Source: Azolla caroliniana
Taxonomy: Eukaryota > Plantae > Polypodiophyta
Direction of reading: 5' to 3'
DNA length: 64,000 nt
Assembly: GCA_043228905.1 (NCBI GenBank)
Contig: JBHGNT010000002.1
Span: forward strand, 17,112,001 to 17,176,000
The translations under genes and the position numbers were made by a program. The notes beneath the pieces are model-generated. The model was not told the DNA's origin. It did not search any database and worked only from the letters and a program-made list of their open reading frames with translations. Shown piece by piece: positions 53,346 through 64,000 of the stretch (position 1 is the stretch's first letter; every line of letters begins with the position of its first letter).

Positions 53346-53415
53346 ACCATGGCATAATGGTAAGCCATTTGACTCCTAACTTGGAGGTGCAAGGTTCGAA
53401 TCCATACTTGCCCTC
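53346..53415 (+). promoter_or_regulatory. tRNA-like Pol III A/B-box module in the G LTR (second copy at ~60185-60255)
   Basis: TGGCATAATGG (A box), CTCCTAA (anticodon-loop-like), GGTTCGAATCC (B box). Confidence 0.5.
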
Positions 53416-56400
53416 CGTGTATATGTAAATATGTATATATTTTTATATATTTATTTTATCTAGTCGCCGGTTCGCCGGATACCGGTGCCGCCGCCGGATG
53501 CGGATGCCGACGCCGGATACCGGTGCCGCCGCCGGATGCCGGATGCCGACGCCGACGCCGGATACCGGTTGGATGCCGTCGGATCACCGGCTCCATCGCC
53601 AGTCCGGTTTTGGTTGGCCAAAACCCTTTTCGAGTAGCTAGCCACCTCCACTCTAAGTTCAAGTTACCTTGAACTCTCTATGCTCCACACATAGACACAA
53701 AGATAATATCTTTTGCACCACCTTATATATGATGAGAGCCGTATTTGTCGTGCCTATGTGGGATATCTCACAATTTTCTCTTTTCTTTTCACAAACTTTA
53801 TACCCTAATATCTTGACATTTAGTTGTCCATTTCTCGTGTAATAAAGTGCATTCGAAACCTCCATCATTTTGTACTTAGATATTAAAAATGTTATCTTCA
53901 CAATTATTGTATTACGTGATTCATACTCGATTTTGTACGTTTTATGGGATTTTCACACTATTGCCGAAAATCTTCACGACATCCACCCCCACCAAACCGC
54001 ACGTCCTCCGGTACGTGCCAAGAAGAGAAGAAGTGAGATTTCGGCTACGATGATCAATTAGATTCCTCCATGTCTTCATTTTCATCCGGCCTATTATGTT
54101 CATCGTCGAGGTAATCGAGGTCAGGATCCTTGTCTTGTCTTTTCTTGAAAAGCTTTACTCTTTTTCCCGCAATGGGTACGACCAACCTTGATCCGTCTAG
54201 TTCCGCAAGGTGGTATGTGGCATTATCGTTGGCACTTGTCACCACATACGGCCCGAACCATCTTCTTGCGAACTTCCTTGTTGTACTATGTTGATTGTCA
54301 AGGGTGTTGTCGTAAACTAAAACCCAATCCCCTTCTTCAATCTTCTTGGGACGAAGTCGATGCGTGTTGTCGAACCGAACTTTGTTCTTTACTCGGGGTG
54401 CCTTCATCATCTTTCGCGCTTTTTCTAAATCTTCAGGTCTTCTTTCAAGTTGCCTTATCCGCGCCGCTAATAACTCTTCTCGGCTCATCTCGTTCCCCCA
54501 CGGTATCGCTACCCATGAGGCGATCGTCCTTTCGATGGGCATAATCGGCTTTTGTCCATACATAAGCTCCGTCGGCATATACCCTGTGACCGAGCGATGT
54601 GTCGTTCTATCGGCCCACAAGGCATAGGGTAATAGTCGTGGCCAATTCCCGACTCGACCGTTGCATGCCCGTACGATGGCTTTAACGATAGGTCCATGTC
54701 CTCACTCGATCTTCCCATTTGCTTCCGGATTGTAGGCAGTCGTGAGGGAGAGCTTCACGCCTAGTCTTTCAAAGAGCTTTGTCGCTTCGTGCGCGTCCAA
54801 CTCCCCTCGGTCGGCCACTATCTTCCCTACACATCCATATCGGCAAACAACATCTTCAAGTAGAAATTTGCAAACGGCTGAAGTCGTCTTATTTGTCAAG
54901 GCTTGTCCTTCCACTTGATTTGTCAAGTCTTCCCTTGCCAACGCTAAGTACTTCATTTGTCCCACTCCCATTGGCATCGCGACCAGATCCACCATCCATT
55001 TGAAGTGTATGGTGAGTGGGTATGTCGGCTTTAACTCATCACGATGACGTATATTTGAATATACTTGGCAAGTTTCACATGTGGACACGAAATGGAGTAC
55101 ATCTTTGTACATGCTTGGCCACCAGTACTTCTCCTTCAACTTTTCGAACGTCGCCCATGTTCCTCTATGACCTGCCCAAGCACTCTCGTGGAATTCGGTC
55201 ATTAGCGTCTCTTGCTCTTCATTCTTTACCACCACTCGACGTGGTATTCCTGTCCTTCTTTTTGGATGTCGCCAAAGGAATCCTCCCTTCAAGAAGTATC
55301 GGTAAGCTTTCTTTCGGATTCGTAGGGCCTCCTCCTTTGTCAACGAAGCATCTGCCGTCAATGTTCTTAGGAATCTACCGATGAGTAACCACTCTCCTTC
55401 GTACTCGTTCTCGTTGAAGGCGTGGAGGGTTTGCGTGTCCTGGTCTTCCGCCGACAATCGAGCCATCTTGAAGAAGTCGAGGGCGACATCTTCATCTTCC
55501 GAAACCATGTTACTTGCATTTGAAAATCTTGCCCTCGACAGCATGTCTGCCATGGCGTTCTTCTTCCCTGCGATGTGACGGATCTCTGGGTTTAAAGACT
55601 TGATGTAGGCAATCCACCTTAGCATAGCAAGATCTAGGGTCGCACATCCCGAGACCATTCCGAGAATTGGGAGACAATCTGTCTCTATTATCACTTCTGA
55701 CCCGATCAGGTAATCTTTGTCCATCTTCACTGCCGACACAATACCCCAAAGTTCCCGCTTGACTTGGGCATATCTTTGTTGTCGTTCGCTGAGAACCTTT
55801 GCTCCGAACCGGACGGCATATCGCGCATTATCTTCACCTTCTTGATTGATGACCCACCCGATTCCGATTGGGCTCGTATCTACGGTCACGTAAATTGGTT
55901 TCCCTTCGGCATAGTAGGCCTTCCTTAGTGCCGGAGCTTCAAGAAGCAGTTTCTTTAATCTTTGCATCGCCTCTGTGTGCTCGTCTCACCATTCGAACTT
56001 TATCCTTTTCTTTAGTAGTCCATATAACAGTTCGGCGACATGAGCGTAGTGAGGAATCCATATATGATAAAACGCGCACGCTCCAAGGAACCTTCGAACC
56101 TCCGTTTGGTTTTCGCATTCTTCTTTCATGTCTTGGATTGTGTTCACTTTGGATGGCGAGGGCTTCCGGCCGTATGCTCCACACAAGTGACCTACCACCA
56201 AGATCTCTGGTTGCCCGAATGTGGATTTTTCTCCCGAAAATGTCAAATTCGCATCTTCGATCCTTTGAAGCACCTTCTCGCAATCTTTCATATGATCCGC
56301 AAAGAACTTTCTACAACCTTCCTTATCTTTCGATTCATCTTTTTCCTCATCCGAACATCCTTTTATCGGAATATCATCCAAGAATGGCATCGCGTTGTCC

Positions 56401-57485
56401 GGAATGCAATCCTTCAAGACTTTATTCATGGCATTCACCATATGAGCCACCGAGTTCGTTGCGCCTTGGGGTAAGGTACACATCCGCACAAGCCCGATCG
56501 GAGTCCTCATGGTTGTAATGTCCCGACTGTCGATCGCCAATTGGAATTGGTCATATCCGGAGTAGAGATCGCCAATGGAGTAGATGGACCGGCCCGCAAA
56601 CGCTTCGGCAAATTCGTCCACGCTCGGACCGATTCTGGCATTTCGAATTGTCACCTTGTTGACGGGTTGAAGATCTTGGATGAATCACAATGATCCATTC
56701 TTCTTCGGCACCGTGAACCACCTATTGGAATAAGGAGCATTCGACGGTTCTAGAATTCCCATACTCACCTTCTCTTTTAAGAGCTCGATCAGCTTCAGAA
56801 GGTGTGCTCTCGGAACCGGTATCGGTTTCAAGTTCCAAGGCACATGAGGCACCGTGAAGATCACCATTGGCTCTATAACCTTTGGGTCGGCGCATCCGAT
56901 TTCTCGTGGGAAGAATGCGAAAGCCTTCCCATGTCTCTCAAGCATATCGCGAAACATTCGCTCCTCTTCAGGAAGAAGGAAATCCTCCTTTCCAACTCGT
57001 AGCTTCCCCTTCGTCTCTTTGGTGAAGTCATGACCTATCTTCTTCGGATCTCTTAAGCTTGGATCGTTAGCGACTTCCTTCATATTTTGCCAGCTATCTT
57101 CCGGTAGCGGAACCGCAACTGGTTTGATCTTCTTATCCACCATTTTATATTTCGTGTTGATGTCAGCTTCCTTCATTGAGATGCCACGACGGTATTCATC
57201 GATGATAGCGTACATGTTGACGGAGTTAACCGAAATCACGCATTGGTTGTGAAGATAGCTCAAGTCCACGACGTCCTCGATTTCGCCGATGGTGTCGTTA
57301 AATGAGGCTTCTTCCATAATATGAGTCACGAACTCCCCTTCTTCTATTATGTTCTCTTCTTTCAACATCTTCTCGAATTCTTGTATCCGGCGCTTGTGCT
57401 TCTTGTCGGGTAGTACTAGTTTACATGCGCCACTAGGTGTGACACATGTTGCTTCTCCTTGCAATCCACGCATTCTTCTTTCTTG

Positions 57486-57548
57486 TGGGGTCTTGTGATT
57501 GCTCGGACTATTTGTGCCCCATGCTTCAATAGTCCGCTCTAAAAATCC
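57486..57548 (-). promoter_or_regulatory. -1 ribosomal frameshift signal, element G
   Basis: G GAT TTT TAG; stem CGGACTATT/AATAGTCCG; loop TGGGG pairs with CCCCA. Confidence 0.78.
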
Positions 57549-60500
57549 GAGGATTCGCCTCCGAGACTATCTCGATTCCTTTCATGATTGGCTCGCACTG
57601 TTAGGAATTGGACCGATCTTTGGTTGTCAAGACTCTTTATTCGTGCGAAGGCTGCTCCATTATCGAACACTTTGGTCTCCATCCGAGATGATGTGATATA
57701 AGGTTGCCCTAGGATGACAGGATGCGATGCCAATTCTTGTAGGAAGAAGTGTTGATCCATCTCCACATCCCCAATCGTGACTTTGACATTGGGACAAGCT
57801 CCGTACAAGTCCTCCGTAGACTTTGTTGCCGCGCGAATCTTCCATCCATGGTTTGTATTGATTGGCCATCTTCCCTTTTTGTAGAAGTCAGTTGACATGA
57901 GGTTGATCTCCGAGCCGTGGTCAATCAAGGCTACCACGGTCTCTTTCTTCTCCCCGATCTTCACCGGCGTCTCCGTTGTCGCTCGTGCCCAATGAGGTCG
58001 AGTGTAGTGGCTGTCCACCATATCTTCATTGATTTCGTCTCTTGCCATCGTTATGGCATTCGTTTTTGCTTTTTGCGGCTTCTCTTCTTCCTCGTCCGAT
58101 TGTTGTCTCTTTCTCTTTACAAGGTCCACGATCGTGTCATGGAACTCCTTCTTCGTAATGCCAAGCAATTCCCTCAAGGACAAAGTTACGTGGCTATCAA
58201 GAACTCGTTCTTTGAGAATCTTCTTTAGGTCCGTCGTCTGCTCTATGTCCGACCTTAGCTTATAGGTAGGTATAGTCCTTGTCCTCCGAGCGGAGTCTTC
58301 GACACCAACCTTCACGGGCCGAACCATTTCTTCAACTCGTATTCTCGGCTCCCCTTTTCGGCTTGATTCTCGTTCCTCCGTTTGTAAAGGTTGACTCGTC
58401 TCCGCATCGTCCTTCTTTTTCACATTCCTTGTTTCATGTCTTTTTGATGGCCCTTGCTCTTCTATTCTCTTTCTCTTTTCTTCGACGAACACCTCGTGGT
58501 TGTCGCACATCACCTCTGCAAGTATGGTGTTGTCGTCCACCGGATCCGACCACCCGGTTATGCTTTGCACGCTTTGGTCCGCAAGCTCTACCTCGTTCGA
58601 TGTGATTTTTCCCGCTCGAAAGTCCAAAACTTTGCTCCCGCTCTAGCAGCTTCAGTCTTGTCTTTCCCGACTCTTATTCCGGCCGACGCAGCATAGTGCA
58701 TCGCATCCACATGAGTCGCATCGGCATCCTCCATAGATCTCTTCATTCCTCCTCTTCCGAAATTCACCCGTAGGGGTCTTCTAGTCTCGCTTGAGCAGAT
58801 CATGTTGTCCTCTATGTATACGATATTTTGTCGAATCGCCTCTCGAAGGCTCGCACAATCCCTTCTCATGTGGTCCATGCTATCGCACCACACGCATCTA
58901 AAGGGTTCTTTTCCTTTAGGGCCCCGACGATTCATGTTGGCTAGCGTGACCTTCTTGAACTTCTTCGCTAGCTCTTCAATGATGTCGTCATCAATCTTCT
59001 TTTCTTCCACGTTACTTTGTCTCGGCGGCTCAACTACTTTCGGCGGTCTTGCTTTCTCCGTGGTAGTCGGTCCCATCAAGTCGGTGTCCTCAAACCATTG
59101 GAGACGCTTGTCGAGCCTATTGCATGCCCGCTTCACCGCGATCCAGTCCGCTACGAGCCCATTTGCTTGGGTATCATCTTCGAGAAGACTCCCCAACTCC
59201 CGTCTATCCTTTATGTCCACGGCCTTCAAGAAGTACAAAGGCTTGTCCTCTTCAAGCAACACTTGGTCCGTATTGGGGAGACGACTAAACATCTGGTCGA
59301 ATTCGTCGTACACCCTCGAGACGCTCATCTTCTTATTCTTCTTCTCTATCCACTTCATCAGGGCATGTCAAGTCATCCTCGTTGAGTCTTCAGTCACGAA
59401 CTCCGCTAGTATCATTTTCTCGAACTCGGACCATGTTGTCTTTCCTTCTTGAAGCTCGATGACGCGTCTTTGGATGTTGTTGGCGACAACTCTCTTGAAC
59501 CTTGCGATTGGACGTGCCTCGGACACGTCCCTTTGATTCATCTCCCTCTTATATGTATCAAGGAACTTCGTAACGTTCCTTCCATCGAATTGGCCCTCGA
59601 GCTCTACGACACGATCGACAGCCTTCTCCACGCTCGCGTCGTTGTCCCGAGATCTCATCATTTTCTCGACGATTAGCATCATCCTTTCGAGCTCTCCTGC
59701 TTGGTTGCTTGAGGACGCCATCTCCAAGTATTAATCTCGACTTGATCCTTCCTACCGCGTCTTTCACGTCGGGTTCACCACTTTATTATGTCGTGAAGAT
59801 CCGTCACTACACGCGGATCGTGAGGCGGAACCGCCAGGGTTCTGGACCAGAAGGATTTAGAGTCGATACAAGCTTTGGCGAGAAAGTACTTAAGATAGAT
59901 TGGGAAAGAGAGAAGATGAGATTACACGATTGATTTCAAAACGAATTTCTTCCTCTTAATTTTCATAAAAAAAACCGTGTTTTTCTCCTCCCCCCTCCCT
60001 CTTTTATAGATGCTCTCATGCATATGATGCATGTGAGGGTACAAGACATGCATAAATTACATGTTTGCCATTTGGCGCTTAAGTATTACATGTGGTGCAT
60101 GCTAACCATGTCACTCATTTTAGCACTCATGGATGAGAATTTACATGTAAAAGTACAATGATAGAAATATAATTTCAACTAAATACCATGGCATAATGAG
60201 AAGCCATTTGACTCCTAACTTGGAGGTGCAAGGTTCGAATCCATACTTGCCCTCCTTGTATATGTATATATATTTTTATATATTTATTTTATCTAGTCGC
60301 CGGTTCGCCGGATACCGGTGCCGCCGCCGGATGCCGGATGCCGACGCCGACGCTGGATACCGGTGTCGCATGCCGCCGCCGGATTGCGGTTGGATGCCGT
60401 CGGATCACCGGCTCTATCGTCGGTCCGGTTTTGGTTGGCCAAAACCCTTTTCGAGTAGCTAGCCACCTCCACTCTAAGTTCAAGTTACCTTGAACTCTCT

Positions 60501-62889
60501 ATGCTCCACACATAGACACAAAGATAATATCTTTTGCACCACCTTATATATGATGAGAGCCGTATTTGTCGTGCCTATGTGGGATATCTCACAATTTTCT
60601 CTTTTCTTTTCACAAACTTTATACCCTAATATCTTGACATTTAGTTGTCCATTTCTCGTGTAATAAAGTGCATTCGAAACCTCCATCATTTTGTACTTAG
60701 ATATTAAAAATGTTATCTTCACAATTATTGTATTACGTGATTCATACTCGATTTTGTATGTTTTATGGGATTTTCACACTATTGCCGAAAATCTTCACGA
60801 CACCGGCGTCATTGTCCTCAAAAACCCACCGATCTAGAGCCACTCGCCGTCGTACTTGCTCTCGTCGAAGCCGTTAAGTGCCGGAGTGCTCGCCCCATCG
60901 GTCGTCACGTACGCCGCCTCGAAGAAGTTCACGCCGACTCCTTCGTCCTCCGAAACCATGCCATCCTCGTCATCAAACCTTGCCCTCGAAAGCATGTCGG
61001 CCATGGCGTTGTCCTTTCCGGAAATCTGTCGTATTTCCGGGTCCAGGGAATTGATGTACGCTATCCACCTGAGCATCGCCAGGTCCGGTATCGCGCATCC
61101 GGAAACCATGCCGAGAATTGGCAGGCAATCCGTCTCGATAATCACTTCCGTCCCGATCATGTAGTCTTTGTCGGCCTTTACTGCCGAAACGATACCCCAG
61201 AGTTCGCGTTTAACCTGGGCGTACCCTCGTTGTCGCTCACTGAGGACCTTCGCGCCGAATCGGATCGGGAACCGAATGTCGTCCTCGTCTTCTTGGTTGA
61301 CGACCCATCCGATCCCGGTCGAACTCGTATCCACCGTTATGTATATCGGGGTACCCTTCCCGTAGACAGCCTTCCGGAGCGCCGGTGCTGCCGCAAGAGC
61401 TTCCTTTCAGCTTCCGGACCGACTCCGTATGCTCGTCTCGCCATTCAAATTTTCGCCCTTTCTTCAGCAACCCGTATAGCGGCTCCGCAACGTGGGCGTA
61501 ATGCGGGATCCATATGTGGTAGAATGCGCATGCCCCCAGGAACCTCCGAACTTCCGTAACCGAGCTACAGTCGGTCTTCATCGCGGAGATGGCTTCTACC
61601 TTTGCCGGAGACGGCTTCCGGCCATATGGTCCACATAGGTGTCCGACCACCAGGATTTCCGATTGCCCGAAGGCCGATTTTTCCCCGGAGAAGGTGAGCC
61701 TCGCATCCTCTAGCCTTTGTAGCACCTTCTCGCAGTCGCCGATGTGTGTTGCCACGAATTGTCGGCATCCGTCCGGCCCGACTGTCTCGTCCCTCTCTTC
61801 CACCGGGCACCCTTTGATAGGGATGTCGTCTAGAAACGGCATGGTGATGTCCGGGATGCAATCCCTCAGTACCTTGTTCATTGCATTCACCATGTGGGCC
61901 ACCGAGTTGGTCCCTCCTTGTGGCAGGGTACACATTCGCACTAGGCCGAGGGGAGTTCGCATCGTCGTAATGTCTCTGCTCTCCACGGCTAGCTGGAACT
62001 GGTCGTACCCCAAGTACAGATCACCGACCGAGTAAATCGACCTTCCGGCGAAGGCCTCCACGAACTCGTCTATGGTCGGTCCGATTCCTGCGTTCCGAAT
62101 GGTCTTGAATGAAGCGCAATGTTCCGTTTTTCTTTGGTACAGTAAACCATCGGTTCGAGTATGGCACGCTCGACGGTTCGAGAATACCCATATCGACTTT
62201 CTGCCTCAGTAGCTCCATCAACTCCGGGATGTGAGCTCTTGGTACCAGAATCGGCTTGAGATTCCACGGCACATGCGGTACCGTGAATATCACCATCGGC
62301 TCTACGATTGTCGGGTCTACGCACCCGATCTCTTCCAGCGAGAATGCGAAGGCTTTCCCGTGCCTTCCGAGCATTCTCCGAAACCGGTCTTCCTGCGCCG
62401 GCAGTAGGAACCCGCCCCCACCGATTTTGAGCTCCCGGAGCGTCCCGTCGGTGAAGGTGTGTCCTATGCAGGCCGGATCTCGTAAACTGGGATCCGACGC
62501 AACCCCTCTAATTCGGGACTCGCTGCCCTCCGGCAAGGGTGCCGCGATTGGCCTTACCTTCCGGTCCACAGTCTTGTACTTCGTGCTAACTCGGGCCGTC
62601 CGATCCGACTCGAGCCCCCGACTGAAATTCACGATGACTTTGTACATCTCTTCGGAACATACCGGTATTGTCCGGTCTTCGTTAAGGTCTTCTCCGGCAA
62701 CCTTCCTTAGCATCCCCAAGGTGTCGTCGAAGGAGACTGCCTCCACGGCCCCGCTGATTTCCTCGTCCGGGCCGAGAACTCCGCACACTCGAAGTTGCAC
62801 TTCTGCCATTGTCTTTTCTCGGCCAACGATGCCGACTATCATACACCCTCCGTTGTCGGAGAAGCAAAATCTCCTACCTATCGTACAGT

Positions 62890-62956
62890 CGTGGGGTCTT
62901 TCCCGAGTGCCCGGACTGTCTCGGCCCCACGCCTTGGCAGCCCTCTCTAAAAATCC
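62890..62956 (-). promoter_or_regulatory. -1 ribosomal frameshift signal, element F
   Basis: G GAT TTT TAG; stem GGGCTG/CAGTCC; loop CGTGGGG pairs with CCCCACG. Confidence 0.75.
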
Positions 62957-64000
62957 TCTCGGTTCTCGCCACCGAGGGATTCGCGGTTTCTCTCGTGGTT
63001 CGGCCGCACCGTCAGAAATTGGACCGAATGGCGCCCGTCCTGGCTTTTGACCCTTGCGTAGGCCGACCCGTTGTCCAGCACTTTGGTCTCCATCCGCGCC
63101 TCCGTGATGTATGGTTCACCTAATATGACCAGGTGCGAGGACGTCTCCTGTACGAAGAAGTGCTGGTCAATCTCGACGTCGCCGATCTTGACTCGCACGT
63201 TCGGGCAGGCCCCATGCAGTTCCTCGGTGGCGCGCGTCGCCGCCCGTATCTTCCACCCGTGCTTGATGTTGATCGGCCACTTCCCCTTCTTATAGAAGTC
63301 CATGGACATCAAGTTTATTTCCGAACCGTGGTCCACCAACGCCACCACCGGTTCCTGAACATCTCTGATCTTTACCGGGGTCTCCGTGGTCGCTCGGGCC
63401 CAGTACGGCCTCGTATAGTGGCTCTCCGCCCACTCGTCTTCCATCGCCATGTTGTCGATGTGCGTCGTCCGCACCTGCACCTCCACCGGTCTTTCCGGTT
63501 CTGTCTCCGTCGACAGCCTCTTCCATTTCACCAGGTCCACAATGGAGTCCTGGAACTCCTTCTTGGCAATCCCTAGCACCTCCCGTAATGACAGCTCCAC
63601 TTTGCTGTCGAGGATCCGTTCTTCCAGGACCTTTCGTAGGTCCGTAGTCCTTTCTATTTCCGTCCCTAGTCGGTATCCGCCCTTCCTGGGGTTATCTTGC
63701 GAGCCGGACCCACCGGCATCGTTCCGTCGTTGCCCGAATCGGGTCTCGTACCGTTGTGAGGGCCCGGCCGCTCCGGCTTTCCCCACTCGCTTGTCTTCTA
63801 CCAGAGCCTCGTAGTTCCGGCAGGCGGCTTCTACGAAGCTCGACAGGGTCGCTCCACCCGGTTATTTCCCGGACCCGTCTCTCAGCGTGGTCCGTTTCAT
63901 CTTTCCTTAGCCGTGCGCCGACAAGACCTCCCAGCATTGCCGACCAGAATCCGTCTTTGCCCTCTGTTCGGGCCTTGCTGCCCCCGACCCGAATTCCGGC

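Larger units (their letters stand above)
52950..60802 (-). mobile_element. Element G: full-length tRNA-Trp-primed gypsy (7.85 kb) with a few lesions
   Basis: LTRs 52950-53981 and 59789-60802 with 12-bp TIR TGTCGTGAAGAT; PBS 59764-59780; PPT 53982-53993; gag-PR 59727-57539; pol ~57545-54054; perfect 4-bp TSD CCGG. Confidence 0.95.
51162..64000 (-). mobile_element. Element F: tRNA-Trp-lineage gypsy, split by G; 5' part beyond the right edge
   Basis: 3' LTR 51162-51799; PPT at 51800; INT 51873-52949; RH, RT, PR and gag at 60807-64000; proteins closely similar to E. Confidence 0.9.

Noticed and set aside
53346-53415. Functional tRNA-Arg gene
   Set aside because: The acceptor and anticodon stems do not pair convincingly; kept only as a promoter-like module.
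53659-53901. Identical 80-aa ORF duplicated at 60480-60722
   Set aside because: The duplication is explained by the two LTRs of G, and there is no recognisable domain.
59764-59780. TCACGTCGGGTTCACCA (tRNA-Trp 3' end including CCA; also at 41232 and 43209) as tRNA genes
   Set aside because: Only 17 nt long and adjacent to LTR ends, so these are primer-binding sites.
35500-63937. Numerous plus-strand ORFs overlapping the pol of E, F and G
   Set aside because: They are antisense shadow ORFs of GC-rich coding sequence.

Overview
Transposon-saturated plant nuclear DNA (Arabidopsis-type TTTAGGG repeats, plant tRNA primer sites; a non-seed plant such as a fern is inferred, not proven) with no intact host gene. 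The window is two nested stacks, reconstructed from target-site duplications (TSDs) and interrupted reading frames. Stack 1 (1-26350): copia A contains an Arg-primed LTR element X; X contains a TRIM/TR-GAG element in its LTR and copia B; the 3' LTR of B contains a MULE MITE and a ~16-kb Helitron-like insert; that insert contains a second MITE, spliced MAP-kinase gene fragments, a solo LTR and an L1 LINE; the LINE contains a young intact chromovirus with TG..TA ends. Stack 2 (27178-64000): a decayed intron-containing gene for a ParB-like domain plus a bacterial-type beta-class N6-adenine/N4-cytosine DNA methyltransferase; its upstream intron holds an Athila/Tat-like element C; C holds four elements (D-G) of a tRNA-Trp-primed gypsy lineage plus RTE LINEs and solo LTRs. 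Top findings: (1) the spliced ParB-MTase gene; (2) a conserved G_GAU_UUU slippery site plus covarying H-type pseudoknot giving a -1 frameshift after the protease in three copies of the Trp-primed lineage; (3) 4-bp target sites of that lineage, all centred on CG.
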